A DNA stretch of 47,288 nt from Paraglomus brasilianum. Taxonomy: Eukaryota. A model generated the notes under the pieces. It was not told the DNA's origin. It saw only the letters and a list, made by a program, of their open reading frames with translations, and ran no database searches. Shown piece after piece: positions 1 to 13,646 of the stretch. The stretch lies in assembly GCA_910592345.1 (NCBI GenBank), contig CAJVPI010000165.1:1-47288 (forward strand). The letters run 5' to 3'. Numbering within the stretch: the stretch's first letter is position 1; each line of letters starts with the position of its first letter. The translations under genes were made by a program, and so were the position numbers.

Positions 1-744
1 GTATGACAAAATTAGATAAAAGTTTACAAATATATGTATTTTTATACAAGAAACAAATTTACTTACGGCAATTTAATCAGTTATTTGATTAACATGTTGT
101 ATAATTTCAAAAATTCAAAACTCAAAAATTTTGTTATTACTTGTATAAAACAAAAAAATCCTATTATTTTACACAAAGATTTTCAAATACGTTCTTCATG
201 TTGTTGCTAACTTGTAATTACTTTTTCGATATTTTTTTTCCAAGATTAATTTAGAAATTAAGAAAGATTTTAATAAAATAATCTATTAACTGTCCTTAAA
301 TAAATTTGTTCTCTATATTATACAAATATAATTATAAATTTTGGACAATTTAGCTTTTTTTTTTTTCATCACACAATAGACTAGAATATAATTCCACTTT
401 TTTTTGTAACACACTGTATAAGGACGGTACGACAGCAATTAACAATATCATCTTACGCGTCTCTCATACATATATAACCAGACGCTTCTCTCCACCGCGC
501 ATGCACAACTTCACTTAATATACAATTTGTTTACATATTTGTTAGCCCATTCTATTAAATCAGCTTATAATTAGGTGAAACTTATGTTAGTTTTAATAGA
601 GTAGAGGACTTAGAGTGTAGTCTAGAGCTGGGAGCGGAAGAGCCGAAGAGCAAACTGCTGGCATAGTTTGAAATCTTTCAAGAACGGCTCAACCGCTATT
701 AAAGAGGGGAACAGCGATTTGATCAAGTGATCTGAGATAGAGTA

Positions 745-822
745 CAGTGGACTCTCCCTAAGTGCAGGTCGTTGGGACCGAGGCCAATGCCTGCACTTAG
801 AGAGAAACCTGCATTTAGGGAG
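745..822. mobile_element. Left end of a pogo/Tigger-like (Tc1-mariner) MITE; same family as the MITE at 24267
   Basis: TA followed by CAGTGGACTCTCCCTAAGTGCA, then subterminal repeats TGCACTTAGAGAG and TGCATTTAGGGAG. Near-identical to the TIR CAGTGAACTTTCCCTAAGTGCA at 24267. No right end found. Confidence 0.65.
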
Positions 823-1949
823 AACCAGTAATATTGAATTCACGTGGATATATTTGTACACTTTATTTGCTAATATATAGACTGTAAATTTAATATCGTT
901 TTTAATAATAAATCAACAAACAACAGACCTGAAAAGAAAGTAATACAGACGTAGCTCTACCGAAATCTAAGTCCGAAACATTTCGTTATTTTAGCATTCT
1001 TTGTCAAAATCGTTAATCAATTTAATTTTTTTAAGCGAATATGATTTTTACTTCACATTGATAAATCGTCGATTTTAACGCGCGGTAAAAATTTACGCCT
1101 CAGCCGTGCTGACGGAAAGTTAGAATGTAAAAATAAAATGAAAATTTTTTTCGTAGATCGGATATACTTATAACGTAGTTTATTCATATAAATTATAGCA
1201 AACAAATCTTTGTATCGATCATCTTAATAAATATAAGATTGAACCGATCCAGCGCGTGGAACCTTAAATGAGACGATTTTGATCTCTATTTGGATGTACT
1301 TATAATTTTGTAGATAGCCAAAAAGTCACTATAAATAGTTAAAGATCGTTCAAAAAGTGGGTGTCATTATTATATAATAATAAAGTCGCAATCATCGTAT
1401 TGTTTTTATTGTTTATTCTACTTGATCGATAGGCTAACTAGTCATTATGTTCAGTAATTACGGTTTGCATATTATCGAGACATTATTCCGATTTTATCGA
1501 AATAAATCAGTTATTAAAATCGCCAAGATTGTAGAAATACAGAACCTGTCGAAAAAAAGAGAACTTCCACTGCTGTTTATTGTTGCATTAAGAATTATTC
1601 TTCTACGATCGCATTATTTAATATCCGTATAATAATGTCTGGAATTTGATGGTGTAATGGCAGATTCGTAGTAGACTCTTGCCCAGACTACTTTTCCCTA
1701 TTAACGCGTCTGATAGTATCACATGTGGAATTACCTGACGTTGCGACATCTATGTGTACTAATCCACAGATCAAATTCTATTTACTCAGCAACAAACGAT
1801 TATCTGAGTAAATTTTCTAAGATTCAGGGAAGCGTAATCCAACGAACGTATAGCATAGTCAAGGCAGTAGAAACAAGTTTGCCTGTATTCCTTGGATAAT
1901 TGAGCGTAAAAAATGTGTTTTGGAAAAAATAACAACATGGAATCGAAAC

Positions 1950-3473
1950 ATTATGGTTTGGAATTACAGTAGTGAGCATAAGTATCCAACCGCCCCTAGT
2001 TTGAGGCAGGAATAAGTAAACGTTTTGAAGATTTCCCCTGTGTATAGTGTATGATTACCGTAAAATTATGGCTTGATCAACTGTCTCCAGCAATCCGAAT
2101 TCCTTGATAAGCCGCAGATACAGAGCCGAAGATGTTTGAGCAGAAATCACGGAGGAATACGCCATGCTTTATCGTCGGTCCTGACAAAGGCATGTGATAT
2201 GAGATTGACCACCTTCTGTAACTGGAAGGGAGACAGTGATGCTGGATGATTAATTTATTAATAGTATTATACTGTATATATGGAATTAGATTTACCTTTG
2301 AAAGGCCAGTTATTTATCAGAAACAAGGGGGTTATCGCTATTTATATTGGTTTTTTTCTGGGATTGTAAATGCAATATCACGATCACAAGCATAAGATAT
2401 CCTGTGACGTATTATAGTAAATAACAAAGGATCTGGAATTCGCAAATGAAATGGACAGGTTTTGTCATGTGTTGAGACATGCAGAATTGATAGCATTAGC
2501 GCTTTTTCACAGAGGAGAATGTGTGTATTGTGAGAACCATTTGTAACATTTGAAAAAATACATGCAGCGTTCTCTTCACTTAACCAACTACATTGTTATT
2601 GTGCATGAAATTCTACATAACACGAAATATCTTTTGTTGAATATGAAACAAATCAATGACCACATTATTTGCGATTGGATATGTGAGTGATGGATTTTGG
2701 CAAGGACAGCCTCTGAAAATGCAATCTGGTAAAATATTTAAAGTGCACATTCCCACAGCAGTGCATCCATTGTATTGTTGACGTCTTCTGGTTCCAAATT
2801 CAATCTAAAAAATCAATATATAAAGTGATATTGTAAACAAAGCAAATAGAAATCATAATCATCCTAATTTGTCAAAAAATACACTAATTTTTACCGTTTG
2901 AACTGGTAACTAGTTTCCATGTGCATTTTGAGGGCTTTTTCTATGACAGAATTTATAGCACTGCCAGAAACATAGAATAATTATTGGTCGAATAAAATAA
3001 ATGGAATACCAAAGAATAATACTAAACAGTTAAACGGCGCAAGGGCGCGTTTTGAGCCCTCCTGTCCATAATTTCCATACAATAACATCTTCAACACGAT
3101 TCGGAGCTAACCAGAATTGGGTGGTCTTATCTATTATTCAGAGGGAGTCTAATAAAATGGAAGAAATTTTAGCATGGACAGTAGGAATCGAATTTATGTA
3201 GTGTTATGATCTCACCTTTCTTCATCAATAATTTTGTAATTTCCATCTTTCCACCACTTCTTCTCTCTTGCATCGGCTTTGTTGGTAATGACGTCTTCCA
3301 CATTAGCATCGATAATTTCAATGCACTCTTGAAACGCCAGCTTATCCGCGTCTTGATGATCTTGATCAAAATCGGATAAGGAAGCCACTGAGCTTCTACG
3401 AGAACTTTGAGAAGTGACAGCAATTGAGAAACTGCTTAGAGCAGAAGCCGAGGAACCTCGACGAGAAAAGTAG
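1950..3473 (-). pseudogene. Decayed multi-exon gene of unknown family
   Basis: An AG/GT-bounded open exon at 3473-3216 reads YFSRRGSSAS...KKWWKDGNYKIIDEE. Further intron-separated segments read IDKTTQFWLAPNRVEDVIVWKLWTGGLKTRPC, IEFGTRRRQQYNGCTAVGMCTLNILPDCIFRGCPC and ITVSLPVTEGGQSHITCPLSGPTIKHG, with in-frame stops and frameshifts. Confidence 0.6.
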
Positions 3474-3561
3474 CTATATGTAATTAGTTCTTTTATAAGG
3501 AAACTCGCTTATTATACAAAGCCTGATATATGAATGATATGTACGACATATAAGCGAGATA

Positions 3562-3690
3562 CAGGTATAACCCCGTTATTATTATAACGAACTCCGTTAT
3601 AACAATAACGAATATCCCGTTGTAACGAAGAGTTTTCAAAAACTGCTTCCAATCATATAGAAATTACCCCGCTTAACCGAATTTTATATG
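3562..3690. mobile_element. Terminal fragment of a pogo/Tigger-like element
   Basis: TA followed by CAGGTATAACCCCGTTAT, then repeated motifs CCGTTATAAC, CCCGTTGTAACG and CCCGCTTAACCG, typical of pogo-like subterminal arrays. No partner end found. Confidence 0.45.
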
Positions 3691-4566
3691 AAACCTTTGT
3701 TAGCCGTATCCGAAGCCCCGCTAATACTAATGCGAGTTTTCCGCAGGTGACCGAATTATCCGAAGATCATCCCACTTATTTGTTGAGGCTACTCGCGAGG
3801 TGAATGATCATGGGCCGATAATGAAATCCGGAGCTTAATCGAGTAAGAGATTTGAGAAGCCTATCTGAAAAAAGCTGGGAAGTACGTGTCTTTATAGAGA
3901 ACACCACAGATGGAAATATTGAGACGTAACTAATACGTACGTATTGTAAGAATTAACGCGATTCATGTAAGTATTATTATTATTATTATTTCACTTTTAA
4001 TTTCAAATACGCTTAAAACCTATAATAATTTAGAGGCAGAGTGTGCGATAAAGGTATTTCTTCATAATCAGCCACATACACAGGAATTACTTATTGAATA
4101 ATTAATTTCGATTTGAAAAATATTTGTCATAGCTATAATCCGCAGAAACCATCCATAAACACAATGTCGAAAATCGCTACAATTTCAATATAAGTTGACT
4201 CCTAAAATGAGCGCAGTTAAGCTTAGCAGTTACGCCGAAGATTTGGTCAAAAGTTTGAAAGACCCTAAAGCACACGAAATCGAGTCCAAAAATTACTATT
4301 ACTATTGTATAACAATTTCCGGTTTTTTGTCATCAGAAGGAAGATTTTATTATCCAGATAAATATATTTTTACACCAGCTTGGTGCTATGAAACTGATGC
4401 CGAGCCCCTTGCATCTCCAACGCAATTTGATACTTTTTAAAGAATAGCTCTAATTCGTTCAAGAAATAAGAGCGATATCCAATAGTTACAATAGGTTCTC
4501 ATTTAAGAATTTCCTTAGTTGTCTGGATGCATTAAGGAGTTAGTATTAGATTGTGAGATGGAGTGA

Positions 4567-4651
4567 AGTGGTAATTGGGTTATGGAGTGGTAATTGGGTT
4601 ATGGAGTGGTAATTGGGTTATGGAGTGGTAATTGGGTTATGGAGTGGTAAT
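4567..4651. repeat. 19-bp minisatellite (AGTGGTAATTGGGTTATGG) x ~4.5
   Basis: Four exact units plus a partial fifth. A degenerate inverted unit lies at ~4675-4694. Confidence 0.95.
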
Positions 4652-5426
4652 ATAACTTTAATATGAGTAGTAATCATAACCTAACCCAATACCAAGTGGT
4701 ATACCACTTAGGTAACTCAACTAACATACCTAACTGGGCAGTAATAGTAAGATACAGTTTTTGTCAATGATCACTTGACTTTCTTTTTATATTACTATTA
4801 CCATGCACTCAGGAAAGAAACCCCTTTTTAATAAATGTTTATTAAATATTTGAAGTATTGCAGCCAACTCTAAATAATAATATGGTGCTATTATTATTCT
4901 TTGAAAATAGGTTTATTACTTCACACCTTGTGCTTACTAGTATTGATTGCTCCCCATTACTACAGATTGAGACGTCTTAATTGGAGCTTGAATGGCTTCC
5001 TGCAAGTCTGTCTTTTCGGGTTCTAAGATAACGGTGTTAGAAGTATATGCGAACTAGCCAAATTGCAAACATGTTTTAGCGAGTGCTTACAAAATTGCGT
5101 AGACCTTTTGCTGCCCAATCCCACCATAAACACAAACGCATTTGTTTATTTTTTACGCAGAATATGATACAGATTCGGATTCGACCAACGCGCGAGTTGA
5201 CTAACAATGGAATGTGCTAATTGTACCACTCAATACGCAGTAGTTGATGTAAAAGGTGCGCCGATATATTGCGGTATATATACCGATCAATTTGTTAGCG
5301 AACGACAAAGACTACAGACAAGGATAGACTAGTCTGCCACTTATCCACGCTTGATTTTCCGACATTTTTCTCCCCGGGATTTTTGTGGATAATAATTTAC
5401 ACATTAAACTATCTTAATCATTTGAT

Positions 5427-8400
5427 ATGTCGACTGCCAGTATGGACGTTGATAAAACAGAACCAACTATTGACGAAGGCCTCTATTCCCGTCAACTGTA
5501 AATATTGTTTAAGTATGAGTTTTGCGTACTTGAAGTTACGAGTGACTAACGTTTCTTATACTCGCGTAGTTATGTTTTGGGCCATGAGGCTATGAAGAAA
5601 ATGAGTACTTCCAACGTTCTTATAGTTGGAATGAAAGGTCTTGGCGTCGAAATAGGTTTGTAAACAGTGGGTGATCAATTTACTGTAAATGAACTCGTAG
5701 ATTCATGAAAATTCAATTATCTCTATAAGCCAAGAACGTTGTATTGGCGGGTGTAAAAAGCGTAACAATTTATGACCCGGAACCTGTTAGAATATGCGAT
5801 CTATCAACACAGGTGATGCTCTACGCTATTCCTCGCAGAATTTTCAGAGTATTGACATACAGTCGGAAAATAATTCTTAAGCTTACATATCTACACTCAT
5901 TCAATCCATAGTTCTTCCTCAGGGAGGAAGATGTTGGCAAACCAAGGGCAGCAGTATCAGCACCACGATTGGCTGAATTAAATCAGTATGTTCCAGTATC
6001 CGTGATCGAAGGAGAGCTTACGATAGATAAGCTCCAAAGTTTTCAGGTAAAAAGGACGTGCATGGCAGCTGTTGTAGTGAAATTATCGCCTGTCGAGGGT
6101 GACAATTAGAATCTCCATTCGAGTGAATGGATTATACTGACCATTAATTACGCGATGCGTAATTTGTTTTTTATGACAGGTCGTTGTCTTGACAGAGATT
6201 TCCTTAAAAAAGCAGCTAGAAATCAATGATTTTACTCATGCGAACGGCATAAAGTTTATTGCAACTGACGTTCGTGGTCTCTTTGGGTTAGTTGATCATT
6301 CTGCTTGTCTTTATATCTACATTGAAGACTGGTTACCTCCTAACTTTGTGTATCACTGTAGAACTACATTCAATGACTTCGGATCAGAGTTTGTTGTAAC
6401 CGATACTACTGGGGAAAATCCTCTTACCGGGATGGTAGCTGCGGTTTCAAAAGAAGTTGAAGGCGTGATAACATGCCTTGATGAAACAAGACATGGTCTT
6501 GAAGATGGCACTTACGTCACCTTTTCAGAGATCAAGGGAATGGTAGAATTGAACGGATGTGAACCTAAAAAAGTAAAAGTTCTTGGTAAGATTACTAATA
6601 TCAAGATGCAAATTTAGTGCCTCTAATCAGGAGATATGGTTATTTATTTTCAAATCTATCTTAATAGGCCCTTACACTTTCGCCATTGATGATACATCGA
6701 ATTTTGGCACTTATATTGATGGTGGCATTTTCACTGAAGTTAAAATGCCAAAAACTCTTAACTTTGTAAGTCTGAACACGATTTACCATACTGCTTTCGC
6801 CACTCGTTAAACGTACTAAGCTTACAACGCTATTACGGTTAGAAATCTCTGCGAGAATCGTTAGAGCAACCGGATTTCTTCATAACCGATTATGGCAAAT
6901 TCGATAGACCGGCACAGTTGCATGTAGGATTCCAAGCCCTTCATGCTTTTGTTGAGCTTCATGGTCATCTTCCACGCCCGCACAGTGAAGCGGATGCAGA
7001 CGAAGTTTTACGAATCACCAAAACAATTAATGACAAGCGAGAAGATAAAACAGATATCGATGACAAGCTTATCAAAGAACTCGCATACGGTGCGACAGGG
7101 GATCTGTCTCCAATGGTCGCTATATTGGGGGGATTGGTTGCGCAGGAAGTCTTGAAGGCATGCAGTGGAAAGTTTCATCCGATACAACAATTGATGTACT
7201 TTGACTCTTTGGAATCTTTACCCAAAAGCGTTGAACTCACTGAAGAGTCTTGTCGTCCCGTAAGGAATTTATTTATGCTATCTGATAACGATTCCATGTT
7301 ATGACAATTAAGTCTCTAACACTATGATCGATTATTCAGATTGGCAGTCGTTATGACGGTCAAATTGCTGTCTTTGGCAAAGACTTTCAAAACAAAATTG
7401 CTGATTTCCGCGAGTTTTTAGTTGGTGCTGGTGCAATTGGATGTGAAATGTTGAAGAATTGGGCAATGATGGGTTTGGGCACTGGGCCTCGTGGCGAAAT
7501 TCATGTTACGGATATGGACACTATCGAGAAGAGCAACTTGAATCGACAGTTTTTATTCCGTCCCAATGACGTTGGCGTAAGTCCTCATTTGAACTATTGA
7601 TAAAACATATATAAGACGCTAAGCTTTATGTTAATTAATGCTTTTGTTACATAGAACTTGAAATCCGATACAGCAACAGCAGCGATTGAAAGAATGAATC
7701 CAGGGACGAAAGGAAAAGTCATTGCACATCAGGATCGAGTGGGAGTGGAAACTGAGAGTATGTGAATAATAAGTATATTGTTTTCTTTATAGGATTATTG
7801 CGCACATTAATATTTGGCTTATTAACATTGTAGACGTTTATGGCGATACTTTCTTTGAAAATCTTGACGGTGTTACTAATGCCTTGGACAATGTTGAAGC
7901 CCGTAAGTTTCAATTATACCCTTTTCCAGAATCATACTGAGTTGTAGTGTTAATTCGGAATTATCATAACCATAATAATTTTATTTTCAAAGGAAAGTAT
8001 ATGGATCGTCGTTGTGTGTACTTCCGAAAGCCTCTGCTCGAATCCGGAACACTTGGCACGAAAGGAAACACTCAAGTAGTCATTCCGTATCTAACGGAAT
8101 CGTACTCTTCTTCCCAGGATCCGCCAGAAAAATCCTACCCAAGTTGCACTCTCAGGAACTTCCCCAATGCCATCGAGCACACCATTCAATGGGCTCGAGA
8201 TTTATTTGAAGGACTCTTCCGTATACCAGCAGAAAATGTTAACATATATTTGCGCGAACCGAAATTCGTTGAACAATCGTTGAGCCAGGGAACAAGGGCT
8301 AAGGAAATTCTGGAGGGAGTGCGGAATTATCTGGTTACAGCTAGGCCATTGAGTTTTGAAGAGTGTATTACTTGGGCGCGCTTCAAGTTTGAGGAATATT

Positions 8401-9895
8401 ATAATAATAATATTCAACAGCTTTTGTTCAACTTCCCAAAGGATTCAGTAAGTTTCTTTTTTGCATACCTGCGTATTAGTATAATATGGGAGTTTTTAAT
8501 GCTTATTTTGATCTGTGATTTTGTAGGTGACATCCTCCGGTACATTGTTCTGGTCTGGTCCAAAGAGAGCACCCGATCCTCTAGTGTTTGATTGTAATAA
8601 TGTATGTATTATAACATAGTGCATATACGTTAAAGAATAATAATTTATTGGATTTGTATCATCGCAACAGGATGCACATTTGGACTTTATTATTACCGCG
8701 GCCAACCTTCATGCGTTTAACTATGGTCTTAAAGGTATGCAATAGCTCCAAATGTTTAGTCAACGAATACATAAACAATACTTACATTGATAACAAAGTC
8801 GATAACAATGTTTCAGTAAAATTACTCTAAACTAACTTTCCGTATGTAATAGGTGAAATCGACAGAGAATACTTTAAATCATTTCTAAGTATGATAGAAG
8901 TACCTGATTTCGAACCCAAATCTGGCGTGAAAATTCAAGTACAAGAGAATGAGACCATTGCGCCACAGGCAGCTGATGAGAAAGAACTTCAAGACATAAT
9001 TAACGAACTTCCCGCACCGTCATCTCTTGCTGGTTTCCGCTTAAATGCGGTCGAGTTTGAAAAAGATGATGATACAAACTTCCATATTGATTTTATTGCT
9101 GCCGCGTCCAATTTGCGAGCAATGAATTATGCAATTACACCGGCAGACCGCCACAAGACCAAATTTATTGCCGGAAAGATTATACCGGCCATCGCCACTA
9201 CTACATCTTTGGTGACAGGGTTGGTTTGTTTGGAGTTGTATAAGATTATTGATGGAAAGCAAAAGTTGGAAGACTATAGGAATGGTTTTATCAACTTGGC
9301 ACTACCATTCTTTGGCTTTTCGGAACCGATTTCTATGCAGAAATTCAAGGTAATAATCGAAAGAGAATTAACAAATATTTCATTTCACGAAATAATAAAG
9401 ACTTTTATTTTTGCTCAATAGTACCACGAGGTTGAATGGAGCTTGTGGGATCGATTCGACGTTGAAGGCGATCTCACACTGCAAGAATTTCTGGATTACT
9501 TCAAGACCATGCATGAATTGGAGGTGACAATGTTGTCAGCCGATGTTAGCATGTTGTATTCCTTCTTCATGCCAAAGAAGAAGGTAGAAGAACGCAAGGC
9601 TATGAGGTGAGTTTTGCAACCATTTTAGACTTTGCCTACAAATACTTGATAATTTGACGCCAAACTGTTTAATAGAATGTCTCAATTGGTTGAGCAAATA
9701 ACAAAGAAACCTATTCCTCCGCATGTACGGGCTTTAACACTGGAAATGTGTGTAAATGATCGTAGCGGCGAAGACGTTGAGGTACGTGTTTGCTCCTTTG
9801 TGTTGTTTTAAGGTTTGTCTTTGAGTGCATGTATTAATGAGTCTTTTATAATTTTTGTGCAGGTTCCTTATGTTAGACTCGTTATTAGAAAGTAG
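5427..9895 (+). CDS. UBA1: Ubiquitin-activating enzyme E1 (18 exons, 17 GT-AG introns)
   Basis: Spliced translation: [35 protein letters not shown]...; ATP-binding [29 protein letters not shown]; catalytic region [22 protein letters not shown] (Cys codon 8145-8147); [25 protein letters not shown]; ends [14 protein letters not shown] (TAG 9893-9895). Confidence 0.98.
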
Positions 9896-12269
9896 AATAG
9901 TAAGAAACAACACATGTGTCACTCGAAAGAGGCTTTTCTAATTGACAATGTAAATTATTCATCCTTTGCATAGATTTAGCTGAGATCAAGTTAGAAGTAA
10001 TATCTAGCTATCCCTGTATATCTTTTCTCTGGTAAATCGTACCAAATCGCGTTAATGATTCTTTGGGATTGTTGCCATTAACGTACAATCAACATTGTTT
10101 GCTTAATAATTCGATCTTGTTTATAAAAAATTGATAAGTAAAAACAAGGATTACAGGTGATATCGTCAAGCAGTCTTGGACCTCTCCCCTACATTTGTTC
10201 GATGCAATTCTTAGCAAATTTTAGCTACAAAGCCTACGAATTAGTTAAATCTTGTACTGAACAAATAACATTATCAAATCGTACTACTAATGTGAACCAG
10301 TTTGGCCTACTCAAAGATAAATTGTCGCCAAAGTTATATCATTTGAGCCACTATTAAATCGTGACTTCAGGATTCCTGATTGAGAATTTATCCAAGTTTC
10401 GATAATGCATACGGACAATAGGAATACCCTTATTATTACTGCTTTGGAATATGCGCCTCCGAAATTGCTTGTTTGTGTAGCATGTTAATTATCCGATCTT
10501 TGCCTCGCACGACTTTAACTACTTTTATTAGCACTCCTCCACCCAGCGCTTTCTCTAGTTTGGCGGCTCCATTTATGATTCACAAATTACGCCTAATCTT
10601 TCTGAACCCCTAGAGCTTGAAAAGCTCATTCTCTCAATTGCGTTGACGAGGGCTCATTTATGATACAATAGCCGCAATGAGACGCGAAGCGAGAACGCAA
10701 TTCTTGTGATAATTTTTTTCTCACGTTGATTCTCCCTTGATGAGTCAATTGTACTCAATGTGCTCGTAAATGTGTATTTCCAATTCATGCAAGAAAATAA
10801 CATTAATAGTTTAAATGATAGCGCGTATCTGTGACATACGTAGTTATCAAACAAGGAGTGATAGTGTAGTCAAGATGGGATTAGATTGTGGCCAATATAG
10901 GCTTAATTTTTGGTAAAATATGAGTTCTTGGATAAGCTGTATTAATTCCCTTCCATCAATAGACCCCACTTTTCGTTAGATCTGTACCCTACATTCTTTA
11001 AATACACTAGCTAGAAATAAGAAATTATTACGCGTCTCTGTTATGGTTACGCGAATATAAAATGAAACAAACAAATGTAACAGTCACAATGACGTGTAAT
11101 GCTGTAATGGATAAACTACTAAACTTACTGTTACTAATATTTGGATGGCCACTTAGAAAGATCATTCGGATGACTTGACAAGCCGAGATATATGGTTGGC
11201 TACCTAGATATTGATATACGAAATAACCACTTTTAAAAAGCTACGCAAATTTATTTTCAGCTATTATAGCTCTCATTGCGTTCATGATGGGAGTAAGATT
11301 TTTTTTTCTTACAAGTCGCCAATAGCTCCACTCAATTATTCTAGAATGACTTGTAAATACTGAGAACAGAACGGCTGTAACTAGCGTGCCTCAAAGTTAG
11401 CCAAATCAAATTTTAGTTCGAGCTCATCCAAGAAACATATGTACGATAATACAAAGGGAATACTGAATGCATATATCCTCGGAAGTGCCTGACCCTGCTC
11501 GCAATGAATGCGCGTGAAGTACGCACGTCCAGAGCATCCGGGATGTTGATAACAGACAGACGCTAAATTGACGTTGAAAAAGCAACCATACGCGGCATCA
11601 CAAAGAATGCCATGAGCGCTATCCATATAATTGATTGAGTGTGCTTTCATGTAATCAATAAATTTAGAATTTTTATTCAAACTTAATGGCAAAAGGTGGG
11701 CGGTCTATATACAAAAATTGTTGGGTTAAAGAAAAAAGACCGTGCTTTTTCTTTACCAAAATTTTAAAGGGTAAAAAGTGGGGTGTTTTGTTTATAAGAA
11801 ATTTACAAGATATGAATGGTTACAAACCATGTCGAGGAAGGTATATATATATATATATATATATAAGTAGAGAAGAACTTACGCAATGGAGAAAAGTAAG
11901 TACAGGGGGAATAGGTTTAAAATAGATTTTAGACTTAAAAATAAAAGTAAGTTGTAAGTAGGTAAAATAATTCTAACTAGACACGTACATAGTAAATATA
12001 ACGGATGGAGGGAGAAAAGCTTGTTGCAAAGATGCAAAGCTTGATACATATTATGATGAATATATACATATTCAAATTTGATGGCGAAGTAACGTTGTTA
12101 ATAAGCGAGCGAATTTCCAATAGAATAAAAATCCGCGGAATACAATTTTTTTTAAAGAAAAAACCAAACAATTGATCGTACCAAAGAAAAGAGTTTTAAC
12201 GCTGACCACAAATTCCAACCTCCTCTCTCCCCTACTACAATGTCTGACTTGTCGTTCGAACAAACTAAT

Positions 12270-13646
12270 TCAGCTTTCAAAGTTCAATGTGTAATAACTT
12301 CCCAAATGCAGTCCTTCTATATCCTCGACACACTTCACCATCTCTGCATCACTATTCGCAAGAGTTGTGACCGATTCCGTCGAGCCGTTCGATGCTGAAC
12401 TATGTGAACTATCGTGCGAATAATCGCCCAGGAACTGATTTGCCGGTGTAGTGAAATCCATCTGGCTATTCATAGAATACCACGAACAAGCGGTAGCCGA
12501 CGAATCGGTGGATTCATTTCGCAGTGTCTTGAGACTCGACTCGTTATCGTTGGGCTCGCAAAAATTTCCAGCGTTTCCGGCTGCAACATATTTCTCTTGC
12601 GGCGGTATCCTTTCTTGTACAACTTGCTCCTCGGGCCTGTGGACATTCCACACTCTTCTTTTTGCTCTGCTAAAGGCATCGTACTTGGCGACTGTAAACT
12701 GCCGGCATTTGAGTATCCTGGCCCGTAACTCGTCCAACGAGATTCGTGCTAAGGGATCGATCCGGAAGACGTCTTTGAGAATAGAGTTGAGCTCATCGGA
12801 AAGAGGAAGGATGGTCTTGAGAAAATCTTGGTCCCAGAGAAAGGCAGCGAATGTTTCGTCGCGGAGGCAGGCTTGTTTCCAAGGATTGCGACCACAAGTA
12901 AGGTTGATTAGGATTACACCAAGAGACCAAATGTCGTTAGCGGCTGTAGAGTAACTTCGGACTTTTCTGTATAATCCCCCTTGGCATTCTGGTTGTGGAG
13001 AAAAAAAAAAAAAGAATAAGTAAATTAAGAATGGAGAATGGAGAATGCAGCGAATTGGTTGTACAATATATTAGATGTATTTACCTGGACTCATGTAAAA
13101 GGTCGAACCACAACCAAAGTCTCTACTCCACGGCTCCGTTGTCGCAAGCCCAAAGTCGGTCAATTTAACAGTTCGACCGTCATCAAACACCAGAATGTTC
13201 TCTGGTTTCAAATCTCTATGATAAATACCTTTCCGATGACAGTATTGCACCGCATCCAATAGTTGAACAAAGACTTTCTTGATCAGCAAGTCTCTTCCAA
13301 CGTATCCACCCTTCTCAGTGATCATGGAAAACAGATCACCTCCTTGACACAGTTCCATAACCACGTTCAAGGAGTCGGGGGTGTCGATTATCTTTTCTAG
13401 CTTTACAATATTGGGGTGGTCGGATACTTGCGCGTGATGGGAAATTTCGGCATACTGGAGACGGGCTTGGCGTGCATTTGAGAGTGATTTCGGAAGGCAT
13501 TTGACAGCGTATGTTTTGTTTGTCGTCGGATTTATGGCTGAATAGACAACACCGTATGCTCCGATGCCTATTGTACTGCAGAGTTCTAATCCGTCTATAT
13601 GTTGACCGAGTTTATCGGCAGGATTGAAGGTAATGTTGCTGGACAT
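12270..13646 (-). CDS. Ran1/Pat1-family (fungal Sks1/Vhs1/Ksp1-related) Ser/Thr protein kinase; exons 13646-13085 and 12988-12270
   Basis: Motifs GIGAYGVVY, YAVKCL, HRDLKPENIL, DFGLAT and GCGSTFYMSP|ECQGG across a GT-AG intron, then NDIWSLGVILINLTCGRNPWKQA (a family-typical motif) and a Ser-rich tail. Confidence 0.93.

Noticed and set aside
4195..4440. 81-aa ORF upstream of UBA1
   Set aside because: No recognisable motif or supportable exon structure; may be a decayed fragment.
12414..12954. Long plus-strand ORFs (104 and 167 aa)
   Set aside because: Antisense shadows of kinase exon 2.
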